From Alphaproteobacteria bacterium (GTDB lineage Bacteria; Myxococcota_A; UBA796; GCA-2862545), in assembly GCA_020632925.1 (NCBI GenBank), contig JACKER010000007.1, forward strand, positions 180,910-244,909: 64,000 bases of DNA, written 5' to 3'. Positions 10,172-18,726 of this stretch are shown here, piece by piece. Under the pieces are notes generated by a model. That model was not told the origin of the DNA. It did not search any database and saw nothing but the letters and a program-made list of their open reading frames with translations. The position numbers and the translations under genes were made by a program. Numbering within the stretch: the first letter of the stretch is position 1; the number at the start of each line of letters is the position of its first letter.

Positions 10172-12052
10172 ATGTGGCTCTGGTTGGCCATCGGGTGTGG
10201 GCGAGACTGTACCCCCGAGATCGTGCGCCCCGACCGCGACGGTGACGGGTACGGTCTGGGTGCGCCCTCGTTCGCCTGCGTGGGGCCGGGCCTCGCGAAC
10301 CGCTTCGACGACTGCGACGACACCGATCCGACGATTCACCCCGACGCGGTGGACACGTGCAATGGCGTGGACGACGACTGCGACCCGACCACCCTCGAGG
10401 ACGAGGTGTCCGGCGTGCCGCTGTTCCACGACGGTGACCGTGATGGGTTCGGCGGGGCACCGGCGGGGTCGGGGTGCCCCTCGCGCGGCGTGTCGCTGGT
10501 CGCGGGGGACTGCGACGACCGTGACGAGACCGTGTTCCCGGGTGCCCCCGAGCTGTGCAACGACGGCCGGGACGACGACTGCGACCCGTCCACTCCGGAT
10601 GACGTGGGGCGGTTCGGGACCGAGGGGTACGCGGACGCCGACGACGACGGGTACGGCGACCCCGACCGGCCACTCGGACGGAGCTGCGAGCCGATCGGTG
10701 CGACGACGGGGGACGACTGCGACGACGGGGACCGCCTGGTCCACCCGAGAGCCCGCGAGGTGTGCAACGGCGTCGACGACGACTGCGACGGCCTGACCGA
10801 CGAGGACGTGCTGCCCGAGTGGTGGGCGGACGCCGATGGCGACACCTTCGGGGGCGAGGCGCTCGGTCCGGCGTGTGAGTCTCCCCGGCCCGGCGCGGTG
10901 CACCGTGGCGGCGACTGTGACGACGCGCGGGCCCGGGTGTACGACGGGGCGCCCGAGCACTGCGACGGGACGGACGAGGACTGCGACGGGCTCGTCGACG
11001 AGGACGTTGTGGACCGGTGGTACGCGGACGCCGACGGCGACGGGTGGGGACGGACGGAGGACTGGGTGGCGGGGTGCGATCCGTCGCTCGGCGCGCGCTG
11101 GGGCGGGGACTGCGACGACACCGACCGCAACACGTACCCCGGCGCACCCGAACGCTGCGGCGGGAGCGCGTCGGACTGCGACGGACGCACCGACCCGTGT
11201 GTGGAGGGGTGCGTCTGGTTGGCGAGCGCGACGCACACCTTCGCGGTCCGACCCTCCGACGGCGCCGTGCTCGCGTCGCTGCTCGGCAGGTACGACACGG
11301 TGGATCGGACGGGCGGGCTGTGGACGACGGACGGCACCGATGTGGTGCGGCGGGACCCGGGATCGGGCGTCGCCACCGGGTGGCCGCTCGCCGACGAGCT
11401 GCCGGAGCCGACCACCTGGGTCGAGTGCATTCCGAACTACGGCTCGTGCGACGGAACGTACTACCGCACCGACTGGTACTGCCCCGCTCACCACACGTCG
11501 CCCGAGCTCGGCCGCCTGGCGGTGGGGACGTTCGGCGAGCTGTGGGTCCCCTATGGCGAGCGTGACGAGGTGACGGACTACTACGGGTACAACGTCGGTG
11601 CGATCGAGTCCGGCGCGGGCGGTCTGATGGTGTTCGACACGGTGGATGGGCTGCGGGACGAGCTCGCCTTCCCGTGGGGCACGCTCGCGGCCTCGGCGTG
11701 GCCCGTGGGCCCGGACCGCCTGTGGCTCCAGCAGGACACCGAGCTCGCGGGGCTCGCGCCGGGTGGCGTGGAGGTGGCGCGCGTCGTCGGCGAGCGAGCG
11801 GTGGACACGCTCGACGGGCGGATGGTGGTGCTCGGCGCCGCGGTGCCGCGCTTCGCGGGCGCTCTGGACGGCGCGGACCTCGGGGTGTTCGAGCCGCTCG
11901 ATGCGACGGACGCGCTCGCCCTCGCGCCGGGCGTCGTGCTCGCCACGCTGCCCGACGGTTCGGTGGTGGTCGCGCGTGGGGACGGTGTGGTCCGCGAGCT
12001 GCTGCCCGCGGGATCGGCCAACGGGGTGGTGGGGTTGGGCCCGTGTCCCTGA
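10172..12052 (+). CDS. Cys-rich repeat lipoprotein (MopE-like), tandem paralog of 8072..10138
   Basis: N-terminus MWLWLAIGC (lipobox). Same DCDD...PGA.E.CNG.DDDCDG repeats and a conserved C-terminal domain (...VVLG..PRFAGA.DG.DLGVFEPLD...LATLPDGSVV..RGDGVV..LPAGSA..VG..PCP). Confidence 0.8.
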   Translation: MWLWLAIGCGRDCTPEIVRPDRDGDGYGLGAPSFACVGPGLANRFDDCDDTDPTIHPDAVDTCNGVDDDCDPTTLEDEVSGVPLFHDGDRDGFGGAPAGSGCPSRGVSLVAGDCDDRDETVFPGAPELCNDGRDDDCDPSTPDDVGRFGTEGYADADDDGYGDPDRPLGRSCEPIGATTGDDCDDGDRLVHPRAREVCNGVDDDCDGLTDEDVLPEWWADADGDTFGGEALGPACESPRPGAVHRGGDCDDARARVYDGAPEHCDGTDEDCDGLVDEDVVDRWYADADGDGWGRTEDWVAGCDPSLGARWGGDCDDTDRNTYPGAPERCGGSASDCDGRTDPCVEGCVWLASATHTFAVRPSDGAVLASLLGRYDTVDRTGGLWTTDGTDVVRRDPGSGVATGWPLADELPEPTTWVECIPNYGSCDGTYYRTDWYCPAHHTSPELGRLAVGTFGELWVPYGERDEVTDYYGYNVGAIESGAGGLMVFDTVDGLRDELAFPWGTLAASAWPVGPDRLWLQQDTELAGLAPGGVEVARVVGERAVDTLDGRMVVLGAAVPRFAGALDGADLGVFEPLDATDALALAPGVVLATLPDGSVVVARGDGVVRELLPAGSANGVVGLGPCP

Positions 12053-13578
12053 GGGAGCGCGTGCTGTTCGCTGCGACCGCGGGGCTCCTCGTCCTCGCCG
12101 GGTGGTTGGTGTGGGAGGGGCGGCCTGAGCGCCCGGAGCGCGAGGTGCCCGAGCAGGTCGCGGCGCCGACACCCTGGCCGGTGTACCGTGCACCATACGA
12201 GATCGTGCTGAGCGCGACGCCAGCGCGCATGCCGATACCGGACCACTGCCTGAGCTTCGTACCGTCCGACGGGACGACGACGGCCCTGGCGCTCGCCGAT
12301 CCCCACGCCTGGTGGAACCCACGTCGCCACGCGTCGCCGCGCGTGCGTGCTTGGAGTCGTGCGCTCGGGATGGGCCCCTCGGACCTGGCCCCGTGGGTGG
12401 CTCCCATCGACCCTTGGCTCGCACATGCCCTGGTGGACGAGGAGCGAGCCTGGGTTGGTCTCGACGGTCACGCATACGCCGATGCGGCCGACCGCCTCGA
12501 TTCCCTGCTGGACGCGGACGGACAGATCGCGGATTCGTCGGGCGACCCGGAGCTCGCGCGGGTGACGGATCTGATCGCGCTGGATCTGGAGGCTCAGGGT
12601 TTGGAGAGTCCCCTCGCTCCCACGAACGATGTTCCGACCGCGCTGGATCTGATCCTCGAAGGCTCCGATGCGGAAGCGCAGGTGGGGGTCGCGCGCCTCT
12701 GCTCCGCCGACCTGCTGCTCGATCCGGCCACGCACCGGGCGCTTCGGGAGCGTGTCGCCCGCGCCGCGGATGCGACGATGGCTCTTCGGCTCGTCGAGGT
12801 GGGGCTCCGGTCGGCCTGGAACGCCGGCCAACGAGGGGAGGTGATCGCCTGGGCGGCGAGGGTGGAGCCGACGCTCGACGCTTGCGACGGTTGGGGACCC
12901 TACGCGGAGCTTTCGGAGGTGGTGCTACCGACCTTCGGCGACCTCGGGTCGACCTTCGGGCCGGACGGCGCGCGGGAGGTGGCAGACACCCTCGCAGCGC
13001 GCTGGCCCTGGGCCCACGCCTCGGTGGATTGTGATCTCGCACCTTGCGTATTGCGATTCGGCATGGCGACTGAAGATCAGTCGCGGAACGCCTGGTTCGA
13101 GTCCAGGAACGCGCTGCCGGACGTGGGATGGGCAGGGGTTTCCACCCGTGCGATCTATGACGATCGCGGGCCCTCGCTGGTCATCTACGGCGCAACGGCG
13201 GAGGCGTCGGGTCTCGAACCCGAGACGTTCGTACGGTGGACGGAGTGGCGGAGCTGGCGTTCCCATGTCTGGCCTTGGGAATGTCTGGTCGAGGGCGAGC
13301 GCGCCAAACTGCTCTCGGTGGTTGGGCAACTCGGGTGGCGCGCGATCAGGTCGTGGGAGGAGGACCTGGATCGGGCCGCGCAGGAGTGTCACGCGGTGCT
13401 TCCCCTCAGAGCGTCTGCGCATTTGGACGCCCGCTGGGACGGCGACCGCTGGGCGCTGGACTCGGAGCTTCCGTTCGTCACCTGCGTGGAGGACGCCACG
13501 GTGCTCGGTCCGCCCGAGCCCACGGCGCTGCGGCTCGACTTCCGCGTCGACGACGGAACGGACCTCCACGGTCGCTGA
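12043..13578 (+). CDS. Hypothetical membrane-anchored protein
   Basis: Starts at GTG 12043, overlapping the upstream stop (a second GTG at 12061 is also possible). N-terminal TM helix LFAATAGLLVLAGWLVW. About 510 aa with natural composition and no recognisable motif. Confidence 0.55.
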   Translation: MSLRERVLFAATAGLLVLAGWLVWEGRPERPEREVPEQVAAPTPWPVYRAPYEIVLSATPARMPIPDHCLSFVPSDGTTTALALADPHAWWNPRRHASPRVRAWSRALGMGPSDLAPWVAPIDPWLAHALVDEERAWVGLDGHAYADAADRLDSLLDADGQIADSSGDPELARVTDLIALDLEAQGLESPLAPTNDVPTALDLILEGSDAEAQVGVARLCSADLLLDPATHRALRERVARAADATMALRLVEVGLRSAWNAGQRGEVIAWAARVEPTLDACDGWGPYAELSEVVLPTFGDLGSTFGPDGAREVADTLAARWPWAHASVDCDLAPCVLRFGMATEDQSRNAWFESRNALPDVGWAGVSTRAIYDDRGPSLVIYGATAEASGLEPETFVRWTEWRSWRSHVWPWECLVEGERAKLLSVVGQLGWRAIRSWEEDLDRAAQECHAVLPLRASAHLDARWDGDRWALDSELPFVTCVEDATVLGPPEPTALRLDFRVDDGTDLHGR

Positions 13579-13581
13579 GAG

Positions 13582-14784
13582 CTATGGCAGGACCGTCCGC
13601 AGCCGCCCGTCTCGGTCCAGCCCCACCGCCACGACGCCGTCCGGGCCCGTCACCAGCTCGACCTGGTGCAGCTCGGTCCCGTCGACCGCGAGCGGCTGGC
13701 GGTGCCCGGCGCCCACGGGGTCCGTGAGCAGCTCGGTGCTGCGATCCACGCTCTCCACCGCGACGAGCAAGGTCCCGTCGAGGTCTTCGGCCATCGCCAG
13801 CCAACGCTGCCCGAACACCGGTCCACCCGCGTCCACCCAGGGCGCGCTCCAGGTGGCGCCGTCGTCCTCCGAGATCGCCAGGTGCAGCCTCGGCGCCTCG
13901 TCGCTCGCGGGCGCGATCCAGCCCGCCACCAGCGCTCCGTCGGCGCGACGCAGGATCCGCGGACCGTCCTCGGGGCAGATCTCACCCGAGTAGAGGTAGC
14001 GGTCGTCCGAGACCTGGCGGACCTCGTCGAAGCCGGGCTCCCCGCCGGTCGCCACCGCGGTCTGCAGGGTGCGGCCGACGTGGATGCGCACGGCGAGCAG
14101 CGGACCGTCGGGCCCCATCCGGAAGTCGGGTGGGCTGCAGTCGTGCGCGATCGGGAGCTCCTCGGACACCGGGCGGACCACGAAGCCGTCGTCGCGCCGC
14201 GCCCACACGACCTGGTCCGTCGTCCCCCACACCTGCCGCTTCCAGAGCACCCAGGGCTCGTCGGCTTCGTAGGCGAGGGACGCGTGCTCGACGACGAGCT
14301 CGGCGCCCTCGGGTGCACTCGGGAGGTCCGACGGCTCGATCACGTCGACGAGCGCGGGCTCGTGGAACGTCACGCCGCTCCCGTCGGGCACGCCCTCGGT
14401 CAGCCAGACGGAGCGCGCGTCACCGTGGCGGTACGGGTCGACGCTGGTGAACGCGATCCCCAGCACCCCGTCGCCCAGCGCCAGCGCGGGCCGCTCGGTG
14501 GCCCCGGCGAAGACGGTGCCCGTCGTCGGCACCTCGGTGGCTGGCCCGAGCGCCCCGTCCGCGCCGAGCCGGTGGACCCACAGCCGCGTCAGGTGGTCGC
14601 GGTCCGCCAGCCCGAACGTGAGCCACACGCCGCTGTCGTCGGCGGCCAGCCGCTGGAACCCGAGGCGCTGGTCGGGGTCCTCGGGCGCCTCCACGCACCC
14701 GGCGCCGCACCCCTCGTCGTCGGGGACCTCGAGGGCCACCGGGGGAGGCGAGCAGGCGAGCAGGGACCACCACATGGCGTGCAT
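13582..14784 (-). CDS. BNR/Asp-box repeat lipoprotein (sialidase/glycosyl-hydrolase-like beta-propeller)
   Basis: N-terminus MHAMWWSLLAC (lipobox). Contains the Asp-box SEDDGATWS. The in-frame ORF upstream of 14784 has artefact-like composition. Confidence 0.65.
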   Translation of the reverse strand: MHAMWWSLLACSPPPVALEVPDDEGCGAGCVEAPEDPDQRLGFQRLAADDSGVWLTFGLADRDHLTRLWVHRLGADGALGPATEVPTTGTVFAGATERPALALGDGVLGIAFTSVDPYRHGDARSVWLTEGVPDGSGVTFHEPALVDVIEPSDLPSAPEGAELVVEHASLAYEADEPWVLWKRQVWGTTDQVVWARRDDGFVVRPVSEELPIAHDCSPPDFRMGPDGPLLAVRIHVGRTLQTAVATGGEPGFDEVRQVSDDRYLYSGEICPEDGPRILRRADGALVAGWIAPASDEAPRLHLAISEDDGATWSAPWVDAGGPVFGQRWLAMAEDLDGTLLVAVESVDRSTELLTDPVGAGHRQPLAVDGTELHQVELVTGPDGVVAVGLDRDGRLRTVLP

Positions 14785-14904
14785 CCTATCCGGGCGTTGG
14801 GCCGTCGGGCTGCGGCATTCCTGACGCGGTACGACACGCGATCGTGGCCAGGTCGGCGTCGCTCCGTGGTCCGGATGTTGCTGCAAGATCGGGTGGAGGT
14901 CGTG

Positions 14905-15996
14905 ATGAAGGAGCAGATGCAAGCCCCGACTCAGGCCCCCGCCCCGGCCCCGGAGGCTGCGGCACCCGCCCCGGTGGTCGCCCAGGCCGCCGGGAACGCG
15001 TTCGAGGCGGCGCGCGCGCCGGTGCCCCAGGTGGTCCCGCTGCCGCCGCCGCGGCCCAAGGACCTCGGCACCAGCCCCCGCGACAAGTTCGACAACCAGT
15101 TCGCGGCCCAGGGCAACCGAACGATCGACCCGAACGAGGCTCGCTGGCGTCAGCTGTCGCCCGACGAGGCCGCGCCGTACCTGGCCACGCCCGACGAGTT
15201 CCGCTCCCAGCCCGGCGAGCTCGGCTACCACACGACGCTCGGCGGACAGACCTGGCTGTGGGGCAAGCACGCCCAGGATCCCAAGAACCCGCTGCGCGCC
15301 CGAGACATGATGGGACCGAACGCGAAGCAGGTGTTCAGCCGGGCGATCCCGACCGCCAACCCCAAGGACCCGAAGAAGCAGGACGTCACGGTGTTGAACG
15401 CGAACGGGACCACCTCGGTCCTGGGCGCCAACAAGCACGGCATGACCGAGCTGCCGACCACCGGCTACGGCTTCACCACCCACCATCGCAACGACGTGAA
15501 GGTGAAGGGCCACGCGCAACCCGATCAGTGGGGCACGGCCGCGGGGGTCGCGCGGACGATGAACATGATGGCCGACTACCGGACGATGTTCCCTGGGTCG
15601 AGCATCGCGATCGGGGACCTGTCGACGGACACCGGCAACAGCCCGCTGGTGCAGACCGGGTCGAACAAGCGCCACTCCACGCACTACCAGGGGTCGCAGG
15701 TCGACATGCAGTACCCGCAGGGCAAGGGCAGCACCAACGCCGGACCCAAGACGGCCGACGACCTCTTCCGGACGCGGTCGCTCGTCCGGATCGCCGAGCA
15801 GAACGGGATGAACCGGTTCTACACCGATCCGGCGCTCCACCAGAAGGGGCTGTACACGGCGCCAGGCACCTCGGAGAAGGGGGAGTCGCACCACCGCGAC
15901 CACATCCACATCGGCCAGGGATCGGGTCGACGGGCGGCTCCGGCTCCGGCTCCGGCTCCGAGAGCGCGAGCGAGCCGCATCCGCCGCCGTCGCTGA
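14905..15996 (+). CDS. LAS-superfamily zinc peptidase (M15/VanY-like peptidoglycan peptidase)
   Basis: GGAGG Shine-Dalgarno 7 nt upstream of ATG 14905. Motifs STHYQGSQVD (SxHxxGxxxD) and ESHHRDHIH (E..H.H). N-terminus is Pro/Ala/Gln-rich with no obvious signal peptide. K/N/Q-rich composition is atypical for GC-frame artefacts. Confidence 0.6.
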   Translation: MKEQMQAPTQAPAPAPEAAAPAPVVAQAAGNAFEAARAPVPQVVPLPPPRPKDLGTSPRDKFDNQFAAQGNRTIDPNEARWRQLSPDEAAPYLATPDEFRSQPGELGYHTTLGGQTWLWGKHAQDPKNPLRARDMMGPNAKQVFSRAIPTANPKDPKKQDVTVLNANGTTSVLGANKHGMTELPTTGYGFTTHHRNDVKVKGHAQPDQWGTAAGVARTMNMMADYRTMFPGSSIAIGDLSTDTGNSPLVQTGSNKRHSTHYQGSQVDMQYPQGKGSTNAGPKTADDLFRTRSLVRIAEQNGMNRFYTDPALHQKGLYTAPGTSEKGESHHRDHIHIGQGSGRRAAPAPAPAPRARASRIRRRR

Positions 15997-16000
15997 CCCG

Positions 16001-17815
16001 TCAGCGCGGGAAGAGGGGGTTCGCCGGCAGGATGTCGGTTCCCCCCACGGGGATGGGCGTCCACTCGCGCGCGTGCCCGTCCACGAACACCACGAACCGC
16101 AGCGACGGGTCCTCCAGCGGTGCGTCGAACACGAGATCGAACGTCGCGGGGCGCCCGTCGGGCAGCGGCTCGACCACGCGGACCTCGAACGGGCCCATGT
16201 CGACGACGTCGCCGTCGTAGTGGGGGCAGCCGTCGGTCAGCGTGCGGTCCAGCCACTGGGCGGAGATGTGCGTGCCGGACTCGGGGAGCTCGCGCACCCC
16301 TCCGGCTGGCGGCGCCACCCCGCGGTCCACCTGCATCCTGAGCGTGCGCTCGTCGATGCGCTCCACCACCGAGCGCTGGAGCGAGGGGGCGATGGCGTAC
16401 AGGTGCGCGGGGCCGGGCTCGCCGCGCAGGCGTCGCGCGAAGGGGAGGTAGCCCGCGAACAGACCGACCGGAGCCTGCAGCGCGATCGCGTCGGCCTCGG
16501 CCGCGCCAGCGTCGACCAGCACGTCGGACCAGGCCCCCGCGGTGAGCGTGTCGAACACGCGGACGTTGAGCAGGGCGAGGGGTAGTAGCACCGGCGACAG
16601 CAGCCCGTGGACCGCGAGGAGCAGCCCCACGACCGGCGTCCGCCAGCGGCCCAGCTCCCCGCGGGCCAGCGCGGCCGCCAGCGAGCCGACGAGCCCGCTC
16701 ACACCGATCCCCGTCATCAGGAGCAGCCGGGAGGAGGGGAGGGTGGCGCAGACCGGGACGACCGCGAGCAGGGAGCCCGCGAGCAGGAAGCGCGCGCCAC
16801 GCGAGGGGACGAGGTCGGGGTGCGGGTTCGCGTGCGTCGGCCAGACCGCCTTCACCAGCGGCCAGCACACCCAGGCGATGGGGACGAGCAGCACGAGCGC
16901 CGCGCGGGCGAGCTCGTGGCCGAGCCGGGGCCCGAGCAACATCCACAGGTCGACGAACGACACCGTCCAGGCCGAGCCCCACAGCATCGGCGCCCGCTCC
17001 AGCACGAGCGAGGCGAAGGCGCGAGGCTGCCCGAGCGCGTCGAAGTAGCCGTCGTTGTGCGCGCCGCCGTAGCCCCCCTGGATCCAGGCGGCGGCCCACA
17101 GCCCCACGGGGAGCACGTAGATCAGGGCCTTCCAGCGGTCGCGGCGGTGATCGACGAAGAGCGCGGCGGCGAGGAGGTACCCCACCGTCGCCACGCCCGC
17201 CTCGGAGGAGCACAGCGACAGCCCGAGCAGCAGGGCCGCGAGCGCACGCCGGCCGCTCAGGTGCGAGGCGACGGCCCAGGTGCCGAAGGCGGCGGCGATC
17301 ACGGCGTTCCGGTTCGCGAGCCAGCCCAGCGTCATCCCGTGGGCGTCGTCCAGGACGAAGGCCACCGTGGCGAACAGGATGGCGGCGCCTGCCTTCTCGC
17401 CCAACGCCTTTCGGTAGATCGCGGCGGCCCCGAGGCACGCGACCGCGAACCACGCGGCGGTGTGAAGCGCGTGCCAGGGGAAGAACGTGGGTGCCACCCA
17501 GCCGTCGACGAGGTGCGTCCACGCGGTGACCGGACGGAAGAACGCGAGCTTCAGGTTCGGGTCGCTCCACCAGGGCAGGAGCGCCTCGTGCTGGCGGGCC
17601 GCCACGTCCGCGGGTGTCCGCACGAAGCGGAACATGTCCATCGCCACGAAGTCGGGTGACTCGAGGAGCGCGCGCTGGACGACGTCGTCGAGCTGGAACC
17701 CCGTGAACAGCATGGGGGAGCACAGCAGGACGGCGGCGATCACCAGCCCGCGCGGCCCGAGCCGCTCCCACAGTCGCACGGGAAGCAGCGCGAGCCGGGT
17801 CCAGCGGTCGGTCAT
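16001..17815 (-). CDS. Large polytopic integral membrane protein (about 14 TM, possibly a GT-C-like glycosyltransferase or lipid-modifying enzyme)
   Basis: Start ATG 17815 overlaps the upstream hydrolase stop (ATGA). About 600 aa with many TM helices and a soluble C-terminal domain of about 130 aa. Confidence 0.7.
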   Translation of the reverse strand: MTDRWTRLALLPVRLWERLGPRGLVIAAVLLCSPMLFTGFQLDDVVQRALLESPDFVAMDMFRFVRTPADVAARQHEALLPWWSDPNLKLAFFRPVTAWTHLVDGWVAPTFFPWHALHTAAWFAVACLGAAAIYRKALGEKAGAAILFATVAFVLDDAHGMTLGWLANRNAVIAAAFGTWAVASHLSGRRALAALLLGLSLCSSEAGVATVGYLLAAALFVDHRRDRWKALIYVLPVGLWAAAWIQGGYGGAHNDGYFDALGQPRAFASLVLERAPMLWGSAWTVSFVDLWMLLGPRLGHELARAALVLLVPIAWVCWPLVKAVWPTHANPHPDLVPSRGARFLLAGSLLAVVPVCATLPSSRLLLMTGIGVSGLVGSLAAALARGELGRWRTPVVGLLLAVHGLLSPVLLPLALLNVRVFDTLTAGAWSDVLVDAGAAEADAIALQAPVGLFAGYLPFARRLRGEPGPAHLYAIAPSLQRSVVERIDERTLRMQVDRGVAPPAGGVRELPESGTHISAQWLDRTLTDGCPHYDGDVVDMGPFEVRVVEPLPDGRPATFDLVFDAPLEDPSLRFVVFVDGHAREWTPIPVGGTDILPANPLFPR

Positions 17816-18726
17816 GCCTCCGCGGGGTCCTTCGGCAACGGGTGGCGGGCGAGGAAGTCCTCGACCAGCGGCAGGATGCGCTCGTGCGCGTCCTCGACGA
17901 CCCAGTGGGCGGCGTCCGGGAAGCGGTGCGCCTCGCCCTGGGGGAGCAGCTTCTGCCACTTCTCGAGGAAGCGGGGCGTGAACACGAAGTCCTTGTCGCC
18001 CCAGATGAACAGGGTCGGCGTCTTCGCGAACTTCTCGGGGACCTCCTTCGTCATCCGCTCGATCGTCACGCGCGTGGGATGCCCGTCCTCGAGCGGGATG
18101 TCGCGGATGAACATCAGGTGCGCGACGCGGTGGTCGTACGAGTCGTACGGCGCGAGGTACCCCCGGCCGACCGCACCCTTCATGCGCCCGCGGTCGCCGA
18201 TCGCGCGGAGCAGGCCGGCGCGGGCGAAGCCGTTGAAGCCGCGGACGACGATCTCACCCACGAGCCGCTTGCGGGCGAGGCGGATGGAGAGCGGCACCTC
18301 CTCCATGAAGACGGAGGTGTTGAAGACGACGAGGCGAGCGATGCGCTCGGGGCGCGCGCAGGCGGCGCCGAACCCGATGGCCCCGCCCCAGTCGTGGACC
18401 AGCATGGTCACGTTCTTGAGGTCCAGCCGGTCCATCAGCTCGACGAGGTTGTCGATGTGGTCCTGCAGCCGGTACGTCCAGGACTGCGGCTTGTCGGAGA
18501 GCCCGGAGCCGACGTGGTCCGGCACGATGCAGCGGTACCGGTCGGACAGGCCCTTCACGAGGTCCCGCCAGTAGAACGACCAGGTGGGGTTGCCGTGCAC
18601 CATCAGGAGCACCTCGCCCTTGCCCTCGTCGAGGTAGTGCAGCCGGTGGCCGCAGGAGAGCTGCGCGTCCGCCCCCTTCCAGGGGTAGAGCGCGCGCACG
18701 TCTTCGGGGAGGTCGGCCCAGGTCAC
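17812..18726 (-). CDS. Alpha/beta hydrolase of the haloalkane-dehalogenase-like (OleB-like) subfamily
   Basis: HGNPTWSFYWR, the nucleophile motif VHDWGG, and a C-terminal DAAHWV His motif. Start taken as GTG 18726 overlapping the KAS III stop (GTGA); ATG 18780 would give a 58-nt overlap instead. Confidence 0.75.
   Translation of the reverse strand: MTWADLPEDVRALYPWKGADAQLSCGHRLHYLDEGKGEVLLMVHGNPTWSFYWRDLVKGLSDRYRCIVPDHVGSGLSDKPQSWTYRLQDHIDNLVELMDRLDLKNVTMLVHDWGGAIGFGAACARPERIARLVVFNTSVFMEEVPLSIRLARKRLVGEIVVRGFNGFARAGLLRAIGDRGRMKGAVGRGYLAPYDSYDHRVAHLMFIRDIPLEDGHPTRVTIERMTKEVPEKFAKTPTLFIWGDKDFVFTPRFLEKWQKLLPQGEAHRFPDAAHWVVEDAHERILPLVEDFLARHPLPKDPAEA

Noticed and set aside
9371-13042. 1223-aa minus ORF and the 805-aa ORF 9990..12407(-), antisense to the MopE-like lipoprotein genes
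   Set aside because: Poly-R/P/S/T composition. The sense strand encodes highly regular Cys-rich repeats with lipobox N-termini.
13666-14904. N-terminal 413 codons of +ORF 13666..15996
   Set aside because: Antisense to the BNR lipoprotein (which has a lipobox and an Asp-box). The convincing protein only begins at ATG 14905, where a GGAGG Shine-Dalgarno sits and composition changes abruptly to K/N/Q-containing.
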